Shown: positions 17,798 to 27,623, counted from the stretch's first letter. The stretch is DNA of 64,000 bases from Candidatus Sericytochromatia bacterium (GCA_035285865.1 JAYKHS010000010.1:1-64000); one strand, 5' to 3'. A program made the numbers and translations. The notes: generated by a model from the sequence alone, not told the origin.

Positions 17798-17818
17798 GTG
17801 GGGGATAGCCATGTCAGG
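17798..17818 (+). promoter_or_regulatory. Upstream motif GTGGGGGATAGCCATGTCAGG, shared with 6100-6120
   Basis: Direct sequence match. Confidence 0.45.
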
Positions 17819-17839
17819 TGTTATCGGGAGGTCGGAAAG

Positions 17840-18874
17840 ATGAATGTGGGACCGATTCGGCAGCGTACGGCACCTCTGGCCGGGCGTGCCCCGGTCGAGC
17901 AGCCCGTCCGGTCACTTGAGCCCTCGCCGCGACCCGGTACGGACGTGTTCCGTGCTGCGAACGCCACAGCGACACGGTCGGCGTCCACGTCTCCGCTGAG
18001 TGTCTCGGCTCCTGTTGCGCCTTCTGGCTCTGCCCTGGCATCGCCCGTCCAGGCCCTGCGGGCCATGACGTCCCAAGGAGCCGTCGATCTCGGCCAGACC
18101 TGGGGTGACTGGCAGGATCCTCACGCGGCGGAGTTCAACTTCGGCCACAAAGCCGTCGATGGCGAGCTTTGGCGCAAAGACGATCAAGGTCGGCTGGTCT
18201 GGGCCGACAACGGCAAGGCCATCAGCTGGGACCAGGTCAACCTGATGCCTGAACCCCAACGCCAGCGGTTCTTCGCCGAGGCGGGCATCCAGCCGGCCCC
18301 GCCCCGCGAAGTCATTGCGGGAAACCCGGCTTTGCGCGCTGCACCGGAGGGCTGGGTTGCCGGCAAGGGCTGGGCTCCGGGGCAGTCCCTCGAGGAGCGG
18401 CGAGCCGCCGAGGCCGCGTCTGCAGGACCCGTGACCGAGGGTGCTGCCCGGCAGATGGAGGCGATTGCCGATCTTGCGGAGCGAACCAATGGCGGCAAGC
18501 GCCCCCGCGGTCGCTGCTACGAGCACGTCTACAAACTGATCGAGCGGTCGGGCTACGGCAAGATGCCTGCCGTGGGCATTCCCGCCAGTCACTCGACCTA
18601 TGCCCGCAACTTTGCCGAGTATGCCAACGCCTCGGGCAATCTCGAGAAGCTGGGCCTGCGTAAGCTCGACATCACCAATCCCTACGACGCTCCGCGCGGA
18701 GCGATCGTGGTCGTCGGTCCCGGTACGCCGGGTACCAGTCATCCCACGGCGGGGGACATCGTGGTGTCATTGGGTGGTGGCCGCTTCATCAACGACGGCG
18801 AGATGGGCTACGGTGGGGCTGGTAACTTCCCGCCCGGGAACCGGCACGTCCTCGGCATCTACGTCCCGGCCTGA
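17840..18874 (+). CDS. Hypothetical protein with C-terminal CHAP/NlpC-P60-like amidase domain
   Basis: GRCYEHV, APRGAIVVV, HPTAGDIVV; disordered N-terminus; GGAGG RBS. Confidence 0.6.
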   Translation: MNVGPIRQRTAPLAGRAPVEQPVRSLEPSPRPGTDVFRAANATATRSASTSPLSVSAPVAPSGSALASPVQALRAMTSQGAVDLGQTWGDWQDPHAAEFNFGHKAVDGELWRKDDQGRLVWADNGKAISWDQVNLMPEPQRQRFFAEAGIQPAPPREVIAGNPALRAAPEGWVAGKGWAPGQSLEERRAAEAASAGPVTEGAARQMEAIADLAERTNGGKRPRGRCYEHVYKLIERSGYGKMPAVGIPASHSTYARNFAEYANASGNLEKLGLRKLDITNPYDAPRGAIVVVGPGTPGTSHPTAGDIVVSLGGGRFINDGEMGYGGAGNFPPGNRHVLGIYVPA

Positions 18875-18880
18875 GAGCGT

Positions 18881-19552
18881 TCACGGCGAGGAGTAGGCAT
18901 CGGACCAGCGCAGACTGGGTGCCAGAGTGCCATCGGTCAGCCATGTGCGCCTTTCTCCGGTTGCGAGCAGTCGCCTGCCGTCGGGCCGGACCGACAAGGC
19001 CCACTGGTGTGATCGGCCATCTGCCCAGCCCGTGAAGCGGATGCGCAGATGCTGCCCCGTGAATTCCGCGCGCAACCGGACCGGAGCTGCCCCGCGGTTC
19101 ACGAGGACCAGGTCCTGGCCGCCTTCCCAGAGCGTGGCATCGAGCCCGGGGGGCATCGAACGGACAGGCTGGCGGTGGCCGTGGCGGTCCAGCGGATCAA
19201 GGCCTGCCCGCAGCGCTGCAAGATGGACGGTCGAAGCCAACTGGCAAAGCCCGCCGCCAGCCGTGGGCACGCGCGCTTCGCCGAGGCGGGAAATCCCGGC
19301 CACGAATCCCCGGTGCCTTGTCCGCGCTCCCAGGCGAGCCGACAGCGACCACGGCACGTTCGGCTGGAGCGTTGCCCCGTCAATCAACGCGAGACCCCGA
19401 CTGAGGTTGATGCGTTCGGCTGACGATCGATCCGCCATGGTCGTCATGGCCGTGCCCACGACATCCGGGAAAGGTCTGAGCAACCACGCGGCTGCAGCCA
19501 GCATCGCTGCTGCCGCCGCAAACCTGCCACACACGGCCGGGCGTCGTTTCAC
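18881..19552 (-). CDS. VanW-like domain protein
   Basis: GGGLCQLASTVHLAAL, RHGH, PPGLDATL, DLVLVN; GTG overlaps upstream TGA. Confidence 0.88.
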   Translation of the reverse strand: MKRRPAVCGRFAAAAAMLAAAAWLLRPFPDVVGTAMTTMADRSSAERINLSRGLALIDGATLQPNVPWSLSARLGARTRHRGFVAGISRLGEARVPTAGGGLCQLASTVHLAALRAGLDPLDRHGHRQPVRSMPPGLDATLWEGGQDLVLVNRGAAPVRLRAEFTGQHLRIRFTGWADGRSHQWALSVRPDGRRLLATGERRTWLTDGTLAPSLRWSDAYSSP

Positions 19553-22500
19553 GGCTGGACAACCCGGGTCACGGGAGCCAGCGTCACGGCCCCCCCGCGT
19601 GCATAGAACGGGCGGAAACGGGTACCGCGGTGGACAACGCTGCCCGGCAGCAGGGCCCGCCAGTAGAAGCGGAACACGTGCTTGCCCTTGGGCAGGCTCT
19701 GGATCATGAGCACCACCCTGTCGTCCAAGACCTGCGTCCCGGACCAGACCGTCCCGTCGGGGTCGTGCCAGACTTCGGTTCCGGCGGGCAGGGGCTCCTC
19801 CAGCACGACGTGGCGGAGGGTCTGACTGGCCTCGAGTGTGACGATGGTGGCCATCGGTGCCCGAAGCGGGATGGCCGTCACATCCGGCATCCTGCTCCAA
19901 TTCGGGTGGTCCGGGCGGGCATCCTGGTTGTCGTAGAGGTGGCCCGTCAGGCCCCCGAAGAGTCCCTTCACCATGATTTCCGGCACGGCGACGACGCGGC
20001 GGGTCACGACTGGAGTCCCTGTCTGACGGTAGCCGTCAGGCGCCGGCCGCGAGACCAGCAGCCGAACCGGGACAGGAACCGAAGTGCTTGCGACGAGCGA
20101 CGCGGATTGGCCGGGACGGATTGCGACAGCCGTGAAGTCGGCCGACACCAGATCCATGGGTGCCGTGCGAGACCCGGAGGACAAGAAGCGGACGTGCGCC
20201 CCGGCAGCCTGCCCGGTGGCGGGATGCAAGTCGCGAAGGGTCCTTATGGTCTCCGCCGTCTCGAGCGTGGAGGTCCAGCCCTGCTCGCCTGACGCTCCGA
20301 CTTCCGCCAACAGGGCACCGAGACCGGCCTGGACCAGGGGATGGTCCGGAAGGTGTCGCGCCAGGGCGCGGACCGTCCGCGCCGTCGTCGGCACCTCCAG
20401 GTAGGCCCCCAGACTCTCGCGCATCGGGGCTGTCCAGTAGGCTTGATCACCCGTGGTCTGGGCCTTCTTGAGCACGGTCCGCAGCAACGCCTCTGCCGCG
20501 GGATGGCCGGGTCTGAGGGCAAGCAGGCTCCAGGCCCGTCCGTCGTCCGTCAGTCCGGCCTCACCGGGTTGCCAGCCGGGCAAGCGGTCTCCCCATCGAG
20601 CGAGCGTGGCCGCAACCATGGCGCGACCATCCGGCCCTGCCCCCAGGACGATTCCTCCGCGGACCTGCCACGTTCCATCCTGCTTGCGGCCCTTCCCTTG
20701 TAGCCAGTCGAGCCCGCGAACAATGGCCTCGGGGTCCATGGGCAGTCTGAGAGCCCGCACGTCCGCCAAGGTCGTCAGGACAATCGAGGTGACCTCGGGA
20801 TCACTCTCGTCGTCGGGAAACCAACCCCAGCCACCATCCGGATGTTGTCGGGCCATAAGGGTTGCGAGGATGTCCCCGGCACCAGCGCTATCGCCGGAAA
20901 GTGCCTTGCCGAGCAGGACCCCGGCCATCTGCTCGCTGCAGACATAGGGCTCTTCTGACAGCCGTCGCAGGGCAGCCGGCAGCACGGAAGCCGGATCGGG
21001 CACGCCCACGGCGACGGCCAGCAGGTGCTGGTCCGGCTCGGAGGGCTTCCACGTCCAGGCGCGACCCGGAACCAAACGGGTACGGACCACCGAGGTTTCG
21101 GCCGGATGAGCCGCGAGGATGGGCAAGGTCCTGACCAGGCCATCCGTCAGCCCTTTGCCGCGCCCACCAAAGGCAATCTCGGCAGATGCGGCAGGCGTCT
21201 CGGATGCAGTTGCCGGAACCTCAAGCCGCATCGGCACGACGACGGGGCGACCGGCCTCGGCTGTTCGGGGGCCATCCTGCTCCCCTTGCAACGTCACGCC
21301 GCGACCTCGCCACCACGGAGTTACCGTCTGCTCGCCGCCAAGTGTGGGCAGGAGCGTACCCACGACTTCGAGCCTGTCGCCAGCCACGAGGAAGGCTGGC
21401 AGACCCAGCCGGGCGACCAGGGGCTTGCGCGTCAGCAACTGCCCTCGGCCGAGTCCGCCCGCGGCGGAACGGGTCAACCCCAGAGCCGTCATGCGCCACG
21501 TCGTCAGATCCTCGGGCATGCGGAACCGGACGATGGCCTTCCCGGATTCATCCGTACGGATGCGCGGCAACCACGCCGCGGTGTCTTCGAAGCGGCTGCG
21601 GGTCTCGGGTGGCAGCAGGTCCTTGGGTGGGCCGGCCGTGAAGGACTCGGAAAAGGACAAGGCCGTCTGAACCGCATCCCATCGTGGTCCGAAGAAGGCG
21701 GGACGGGGATCCGGAGTCCTGTCGGGCTCGAGATCCAGCACGGCTTGGTCCACGACTGCCAGCGCCACGTCTGCCGCCGTCGGTCGACCCTCGTCATCGA
21801 GGGTCCGGACTTCCACCTCGGCCATCGCGCCGGGGAGCACCGTCTCGCTGCGCGGGGTCAACCGGACACCGAGTTCGGCCCCCTTGGGCACCAGATTGAG
21901 GTAGGCCAGGTCGTCCCGGCCCACCGTACCGAGGACACCGGTGACGCGGACGGCCACGTTCGGGGCCCAGTCGGGCCTCGCTTCGATCACCCACTCATGC
22001 TCCAACCTGCCCGCGGGAAGGCGCCGCACCTCGTGGATGTGGCGACCTTCGATCGTGACGAGCGGCGAAAGACGCGCATCGGGCAACCGAATCAGGACGG
22101 AGGTGGTGGCCCCCGGTCGAACGAAGGGATCGCGAACGCGGACTTCGATCGGCCCGTCGGTGGCATCCGACGCAGCCGTCTGGCCGCCCCCGACAATCCA
22201 GGCCCAGCCTGAGCTGCGGATGGTGTTTCCATCCGGATCGGTCAATACGGCGCGGACTTCGACGTCTCCTGCCTGCCGAAGCGGCGGAAGGTCGATGCGG
22301 AAATCCGGGGAGCCTTCGATCTGGAGGGGGATGGTCCTCTCCAAGGTGCGCACCTCGCGGGTTTCCGGGCCCTGCCTGACCCACTCGACCCGCTCGACCA
22401 CGACTTCACCCGACACGCGGCTGAGGCAAGGCTTGCCGTCCCAGGTCCGGAGACCGAGGTCGACGGCCCACGGCTGACTGTTTCGGATGACGCCGGGCGT

Positions 22501-24171
22501 TGTCACGGTAACAGCCACGCTGCCCTGCACCCGTTCCAGATGGCCGCTTCCCTTGACCGTCATTCGGCTCGGATCCACGATTTCGGCCTCGAAGGTCCAC
22601 GCCTCGTCCTCGAAGGGCCCGTCCGCATCCACGCGGACGATGGCCCTGCCTTCCGAGTCGGTCCGGCCCTCTCCTTCGGCACGCAACATGCCACGGGACC
22701 CTTCGTGGCTCCATCCGCTGCTCATGCCGTGAAACCACGACGGTCCCGCGACGGCGGCAGGCGCCTGCAGCGATTCGCTCCAGGCACGCCAAGTGAAGGG
22801 TATTTCGGCAAGGATACCCCCGGTCATGTCTCTGGCTTCGACTTCCATGACCAGAGGGCCGGGGCCGGCCTGCCGTGGCTTCGACGGCCGCAGCACGACC
22901 TTGGCCTCGGGCTTGCGATAGGCCGCCACGCGAAAGCCGTGCACGTCCACCTGCCGGTCGGGTCTGTCCGCTTCGGCGATGCGAATCTGCCACGGACCGG
23001 GTTCGGCTGCAGCAGGCAGGCGCATCGAACCGGCCACCGTGCCCCAGGCATCGACCGTGAGGGTCTGCTGGTCGACCTTCCGTCCGGCCGGTGACTCCAA
23101 GGTGGCCAGCAGGCGCGTGCCTTCCGGCGCCTCCCAGCGGCGACGATCCGGCTCTGCCTGCCTTCGGATCGCCGTCTTCCAGCCGACGACGTGTCCGGGC
23201 CTGTAGAGGGGTCTGTCCGACCACGTGATGGCCCGGAACGTGCCGGTCTCGACCTCGGGTTCCGCAAGGATCGCCTCTGCCAGATCGGCCCCCCGTTGCC
23301 CCTGGACCAACAACGCCCCCACGGGAGAGGCGCTCGCGCGCCAGAGTCCCTCGGCATCCGTCGTGCCCAGCGGGCGCTGCGTGCCCTTGCGTGGCGCACC
23401 GGATTCCTGCTGCACCCTGACCGCGGCCAAGGAGACCCCGGGCATCGGCAGGCCCGTGGTCATGTCCGTGGCCATGACCAGCAGTTGCCTGCTGTCCCGT
23501 TTGGCCACCAGGGCCAGCTTCGTGACGGTGAAGACGTGGCTGTCCCGTAGCGGTCGGACGGGTCGAACTACGTCCGGCAGTGGCTTTGCCGTGACCGTGA
23601 CGGAGTATCGCCCGGACTCCAGCAGCCCGGGCACGCGGATGCTGCGGATTCCCCATCCTTCCACGTCTTCGGCCTGTTCCACGAAGGGCCGGGTCCAACT
23701 GCCCAAGGGGATGCTTCGACTCCCTTCCAGCCGATGGAGCGTGAAGTCCATCTGCGCGATGGCAACGGCACGGGCCGCAAGGCGCACCGGTTCCCCGGCC
23801 GTGAACACCCGCTCGGGTGACGTCAGCGCGACTTCCGGGGCTCGTGGTTCGAGGGCCACGTCCGGCAGCCGAAAAGGTGTCTGCTCCTCGATGTAGGCTG
23901 GCGGGGAAATCCATCGGTCGACCCGGCCTCGGGACGAGACATGGACGTCATAGGAGCCTACCGGCAGGCGTTCACCCCGGCAGCGGCCATCTCGGCCAGT
24001 ACGCAGGACACGCCGTAGCGGGCCCTCCAGCGTGACGCTCGCTCCGGCCAGAGGTTTGCCCGCATCGTCCACCACCCGGCCGACGAAGGTGCCGGTCGGA
24101 CGCTCGGACAGCACGACGGCGACAAGCATCGCCACCACCAGTCCCCACGCACCCCAGACCTTGCCGTTCAT
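19549..24171 (-). CDS. Bacterial alpha-2-macroglobulin with N-terminal carboxypeptidase-regulatory-like domain
   Basis: SDRPLYRPG, FRVAAYRKPE, LAVVDQAVL, RSRFEDTAAW, PEDLTTWRMTA, thioester PYVCSEQ, QHPDGGWGWF, LEEPLPAG. Confidence 0.93.
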   Translation of the reverse strand: MNGKVWGAWGLVVAMLVAVVLSERPTGTFVGRVVDDAGKPLAGASVTLEGPLRRVLRTGRDGRCRGERLPVGSYDVHVSSRGRVDRWISPPAYIEEQTPFRLPDVALEPRAPEVALTSPERVFTAGEPVRLAARAVAIAQMDFTLHRLEGSRSIPLGSWTRPFVEQAEDVEGWGIRSIRVPGLLESGRYSVTVTAKPLPDVVRPVRPLRDSHVFTVTKLALVAKRDSRQLLVMATDMTTGLPMPGVSLAAVRVQQESGAPRKGTQRPLGTTDAEGLWRASASPVGALLVQGQRGADLAEAILAEPEVETGTFRAITWSDRPLYRPGHVVGWKTAIRRQAEPDRRRWEAPEGTRLLATLESPAGRKVDQQTLTVDAWGTVAGSMRLPAAAEPGPWQIRIAEADRPDRQVDVHGFRVAAYRKPEAKVVLRPSKPRQAGPGPLVMEVEARDMTGGILAEIPFTWRAWSESLQAPAAVAGPSWFHGMSSGWSHEGSRGMLRAEGEGRTDSEGRAIVRVDADGPFEDEAWTFEAEIVDPSRMTVKGSGHLERVQGSVAVTVTTPGVIRNSQPWAVDLGLRTWDGKPCLSRVSGEVVVERVEWVRQGPETREVRTLERTIPLQIEGSPDFRIDLPPLRQAGDVEVRAVLTDPDGNTIRSSGWAWIVGGGQTAASDATDGPIEVRVRDPFVRPGATTSVLIRLPDARLSPLVTIEGRHIHEVRRLPAGRLEHEWVIEARPDWAPNVAVRVTGVLGTVGRDDLAYLNLVPKGAELGVRLTPRSETVLPGAMAEVEVRTLDDEGRPTAADVALAVVDQAVLDLEPDRTPDPRPAFFGPRWDAVQTALSFSESFTAGPPKDLLPPETRSRFEDTAAWLPRIRTDESGKAIVRFRMPEDLTTWRMTALGLTRSAAGGLGRGQLLTRKPLVARLGLPAFLVAGDRLEVVGTLLPTLGGEQTVTPWWRGRGVTLQGEQDGPRTAEAGRPVVVPMRLEVPATASETPAASAEIAFGGRGKGLTDGLVRTLPILAAHPAETSVVRTRLVPGRAWTWKPSEPDQHLLAVAVGVPDPASVLPAALRRLSEEPYVCSEQMAGVLLGKALSGDSAGAGDILATLMARQHPDGGWGWFPDDESDPEVTSIVLTTLADVRALRLPMDPEAIVRGLDWLQGKGRKQDGTWQVRGGIVLGAGPDGRAMVAATLARWGDRLPGWQPGEAGLTDDGRAWSLLALRPGHPAAEALLRTVLKKAQTTGDQAYWTAPMRESLGAYLEVPTTARTVRALARHLPDHPLVQAGLGALLAEVGASGEQGWTSTLETAETIRTLRDLHPATGQAAGAHVRFLSSGSRTAPMDLVSADFTAVAIRPGQSASLVASTSVPVPVRLLVSRPAPDGYRQTGTPVVTRRVVAVPEIMVKGLFGGLTGHLYDNQDARPDHPNWSRMPDVTAIPLRAPMATIVTLEASQTLRHVVLEEPLPAGTEVWHDPDGTVWSGTQVLDDRVVLMIQSLPKGKHVFRFYWRALLPGSVVHRGTRFRPFYARGGAVTLAPVTRVVQP

Positions 24172-25505
24172 CCCTTGCCCTCCGACCACGCGGTTCGGGT
24201 CGTGAAGCGCCACAGCCGCCCTCGAGTCCTGCGACTCACTCCTGCCTTGTCCCTGCAGCGAAGCAGCATGCCCGTGGGGGTGCGCGCCTCGCCGGGGAGC
24301 ACCAGGGCCTGCCTTCCGGCCGCCACGAGCAGAAGGCCGTCCCGGGCCGGGGCGAGCCACTCGAGACGCGTCAATGGCAGCGGTCGATCAGGCAGCGAGA
24401 CCAGCAGCCCCAGGCTGCGCACCTCCCGACGTGTCAGCGGGGGAGTCCGCGGGTCGTGATCGAGGGAGCGGATGGCCTCCTGAGCGATCTGCTCACCAAG
24501 GCTCGGCCTGTCGGGATCGAGCCTCCCCCAGCAGGCTCGGGTCTTGCCTCCGAGCACCCAGCTGATGAAGACGCCGCCCGGCGGCAGGCTGCCGAGGTCC
24601 GCCGGCCGCAGCGGAGGTTTGCCGTCGAGATGACGCAGGGCCGACTCTCGAGCGTGCCTGGTGATTCTGGTTGCAAGGCTGTCCGGGAGCGGCACTGCGG
24701 CCGCTGGTGCACCGTGGCCGAGCAGCAGGCAAGGGACGGCCGCGGCCGTTGCCAAGCGTCGCAGGGTCGCCCAAGGCAGGTAGTGTCTCAGAATCTGCTG
24801 CCAGGTCCGACCGTTTTGCCCCATCACGGCTGCACCTTGCTGGCAGAGTCCCTTCCCATGGCCGCGGCCCGAGCCGGATGCCCGCCAGCCATCGCCCATG
24901 GCCGTGACCGAGAACAGGGTCGAGGGGACGGCGTGCCAGCCATGCCGGCGCCCCATCCGTACGGCGAACACATCGGCATCCTGCCAGGATCTGCCTCGGC
25001 GCACGCGCCACGCCCGGCCATCCGGCCCGACTTCCACCTGCAGAGGTCCCGCGTCCTGCAGGATCGGATCCAGCCACGCTGCGGGCCAGTGCCGCTCCCA
25101 GTGTTGTGCCCTGCAGGCCGGATCGAGGACCCCCGGAAACCCGGCAGGCCAGGCGGCGGTATGGCCCCCGCACGAAGCGTGACAAGCAGGGAATGCCGGC
25201 TTTGCGCCGTCCACAAGAATCCAGCCAGCCGTGCGGTTGGCCGCCTCCCTGGCCCCGGAGTCTGCAGTTGCTGTCCAGGCCATGCAATGTGTTCTCGCGC
25301 AAAGGGCTCCATCCGGATGTGCGCCACCTCGGGCAGCCAGCGTCCGGGCCAGCACGGCCTGGGCCTCGCGGGCCGCCTGCGCGGTGCCCGGCAGGGTCTC
25401 GGCCGCGACGACGCCGGCCACCCACGCCTCGACCGGAACCGATGTCCGCAAGGTTCCCTGCAGCAATCGGACCGAGGCAGGCAGTGGCGGCAGGCCGTCC
25501 ATCAC
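24168..25505 (-). CDS. SpoIID/LytB domain fused to an AMMECR1 domain
   Basis: VAGVVAAE, AQAVLART, LCARTHC, HASCGGHT, GRGHGKGLCQQGA, ILRHY; then GVFISW, RACWG, DPRTPPL, DGLLL, VLPGE. Confidence 0.82.
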   Translation of the reverse strand: MMDGLPPLPASVRLLQGTLRTSVPVEAWVAGVVAAETLPGTAQAAREAQAVLARTLAARGGAHPDGALCARTHCMAWTATADSGAREAANRTAGWILVDGAKPAFPACHASCGGHTAAWPAGFPGVLDPACRAQHWERHWPAAWLDPILQDAGPLQVEVGPDGRAWRVRRGRSWQDADVFAVRMGRRHGWHAVPSTLFSVTAMGDGWRASGSGRGHGKGLCQQGAAVMGQNGRTWQQILRHYLPWATLRRLATAAAVPCLLLGHGAPAAAVPLPDSLATRITRHARESALRHLDGKPPLRPADLGSLPPGGVFISWVLGGKTRACWGRLDPDRPSLGEQIAQEAIRSLDHDPRTPPLTRREVRSLGLLVSLPDRPLPLTRLEWLAPARDGLLLVAAGRQALVLPGEARTPTGMLLRCRDKAGVSRRTRGRLWRFTTRTAWSEGKG

Positions 25506-26302
25506 GATCCACTTCCCAGCTTTCGGCCGAGGATTCCGGCCACGCTGCGGGCCGTCTCGTAGCCCGTGCCACCTTGCACCCACGCCACGACCACCCAACG
25601 ACGGGTCCAGCCTGCGAACCAGCCGTCCCGGCCCCCGCGACCATCGCTGGCCGTACCGGTCTTGCCGGCGAGATAGCCCGCGCCGTACAGGCCGGCGGCC
25701 GTTCCCCGTCGCACCCCAAGCCGCAGGCCTTCCAGCACCGAGCGCATGGGTTCACCGCGAACACCGCTGTCCTGAGCGGCCAGGGCCATCATCATTCCGG
25801 CTACCTGAAGGGGCGTGGCTGTCAGGTTCCACGCTCTGCCGGAGGCCAGAAGACCGGCAGGGGCATCAGCGGGCAGATGGCCGGTCTCCTCCGCGTCGAG
25901 CCCGGAACCGGTCGCACGACCGAAGCCACACTGTTTCAGGCTCGCAAGCAACCGCGGCTTGCCCGCCTGCTCACCGAGGCGCGCTGCGGCAGCACTGCAG
26001 GATGCTGCGAGCAGGCCCTTCGTGTCGAGCCGCCCATGCCGCTTCCAGCAGGGAGGCTTGCCCTTTGGACCGTCACACGTCCACGAAAGCGCACCCGGGT
26101 CCCGAGCGAGGGCCAGCACCGCCGGTATCTTGGCCAGAGAACCCAGGGCGTGTGCCGCGCCTGCGTGGCCCTGCCCGGCGATTGCCGCGATGCGACCCGA
26201 GTCCCGGGCGCGGATGACGAGGCAACCGGCCCGACCCAGCAAGGCTGCCTCGGCAGCCTGTTGGACCATCACGACCGGATGCGGGACGTCAGACAGCAGC
26301 AT
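25502..26302 (-). CDS. Penicillin-binding transpeptidase domain protein (stand-alone)
   Basis: GSLAK (SxxK), SCS (degenerate SxN), TPLQVA, GKTGT, GWFAG; start uncertain. Confidence 0.8.
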   Translation of the reverse strand: MLLSDVPHPVVMVQQAAEAALLGRAGCLVIRARDSGRIAAIAGQGHAGAAHALGSLAKIPAVLALARDPGALSWTCDGPKGKPPCWKRHGRLDTKGLLAASCSAAAARLGEQAGKPRLLASLKQCGFGRATGSGLDAEETGHLPADAPAGLLASGRAWNLTATPLQVAGMMMALAAQDSGVRGEPMRSVLEGLRLGVRRGTAAGLYGAGYLAGKTGTASDGRGGRDGWFAGWTRRWVVVAWVQGGTGYETARSVAGILGRKLGSGS

Positions 26303-27623
26303 CGGCTGGCTCCGCAGCCTGATGCCAGGACCAGGCCGCAAGCACGATGGCGACCGATGCGAGGGCGAGGCGCCACGGCCGTTCCAGGCCTCCCAGCGTG
26401 ACCATGGCCGGACCGGCGAGCGTCGCAACGGCGACCAGGCCCGTCAGGAGCCCCACATCGCGAGGTCCTGACGGGGCCCCGATGCCGGAGCCCAGGAGCA
26501 GGGCCATGGCAACCAGTCCCATCAGCGCGGCGCCGGCTGCCTCCAGGCCCAGGACCGATCCGACGGCAACGATCGCCAGCCAGGCAGCCACAGGGCGCAT
26601 CAGGCGGCGGATGTCCGAGGGCGCTTCCCCGATCCCGCCGGCACCGGGTATCGCCAGAGCGGCCATGCCTGCAAGGAGGCCCGCAAGGGCATAGGGATGG
26701 GTCAGGTCGACCCCTTCGCGACCCAGCCACGAACGATCCAGATGCTCCTGCACCATCAGGCGCGTCCACCACGCTCCGGCGACCAGCAGGCTGGCACCCT
26801 CGATTCCGGTGGCGACCATCGCCGCCAACCCCGTGGCAAGGGCGGCGGCACCGCCCAGACGAACCAGCAGCAGCATCACGCCTCCCGCGACCACCAACCT
26901 TGCCACGCGCAGAGCCGCTGCCTGTCCCTCGCCGGCAAGCCCGAGGGCACCTGCCGACAGGGTGCCCACGACCGGTGCCCAGCAGGCAGCAGGCGGCATC
27001 TCCAGGAGCCAGAGGCCCACGGGTGCCGTCAACGCCGCCAGCGCGACCGGACGCGAGATGGCGGCACCCCGCGCAGGCAGGCGATCATCCAGCCATACGG
27101 CGGCGGCAACCGTCAGCATCACCCACGCCCAGCCCAGCCCGTCGGCCGTGAACCTGCCGAGGACGTGCGCCGCCGCACCCGTGGCTGCAAGTCCGATGGC
27201 GAGGCGCGCAAGGACCGCGGTCGGTACCATGGCGGCCGCCGAGGCCGCCGGGAGCACCGCTGCGGCAAAGGCATAGCCCGACTCGATATCCGGTCGACCG
27301 GCCCATGGCGCCAGAACGGCCACAGGCAGGGTCGACAGCAAGGCCGCGGCATGCAGCCCGCCTCGCGCCGAGGCCACGGGCAGCAGCATGACGAGTCCGA
27401 GCGCCAAGGCCCCCGAGGCCCAGCCACCCACCGCGAAGAACAGCTTCGGACCGAAGGGAGCCAGCATTGCGGGCAGCAGGCCCAGGCCGGCTGCCGTGAG
27501 CAGCATCCGGACCGGAGGCCGCTCACCCCCGCCAGCGGCGCCTCGCCAGACCTTGACCAGCCCGGAGGCCACCAGCGTGAGGGCGAGGATGCGTAGCCAA
27601 GGCAGCCAATCTACCGGGGTCAC
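26289..27623 (-). CDS. Polytopic integral membrane protein
   Basis: More than 10 hydrophobic segments; AGGAGG RBS before GTG. Confidence 0.75.
   Translation of the reverse strand: MTPVDWLPWLRILALTLVASGLVKVWRGAAGGGERPPVRMLLTAAGLGLLPAMLAPFGPKLFFAVGGWASGALALGLVMLLPVASARGGLHAAALLSTLPVAVLAPWAGRPDIESGYAFAAAVLPAASAAAMVPTAVLARLAIGLAATGAAAHVLGRFTADGLGWAWVMLTVAAAVWLDDRLPARGAAISRPVALAALTAPVGLWLLEMPPAACWAPVVGTLSAGALGLAGEGQAAALRVARLVVAGGVMLLLVRLGGAAALATGLAAMVATGIEGASLLVAGAWWTRLMVQEHLDRSWLGREGVDLTHPYALAGLLAGMAALAIPGAGGIGEAPSDIRRLMRPVAAWLAIVAVGSVLGLEAAGAALMGLVAMALLLGSGIGAPSGPRDVGLLTGLVAVATLAGPAMVTLGGLERPWRLALASVAIVLAAWSWHQAAEPADAAV

Noticed and set aside
18881..19552. Vancomycin resistance locus
   Set aside because: VanW-like domains are widespread; no vanHAX or vanRS genes present
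25502..26302. pbpC
   Set aside because: Too short; lacks the transglycosylase and C-terminal domains
26289..27623. H+-pyrophosphatase similarity (VDLTHPYALAGLLAG)
   Set aside because: Only one short resemblance; acidic catalytic motifs are absent
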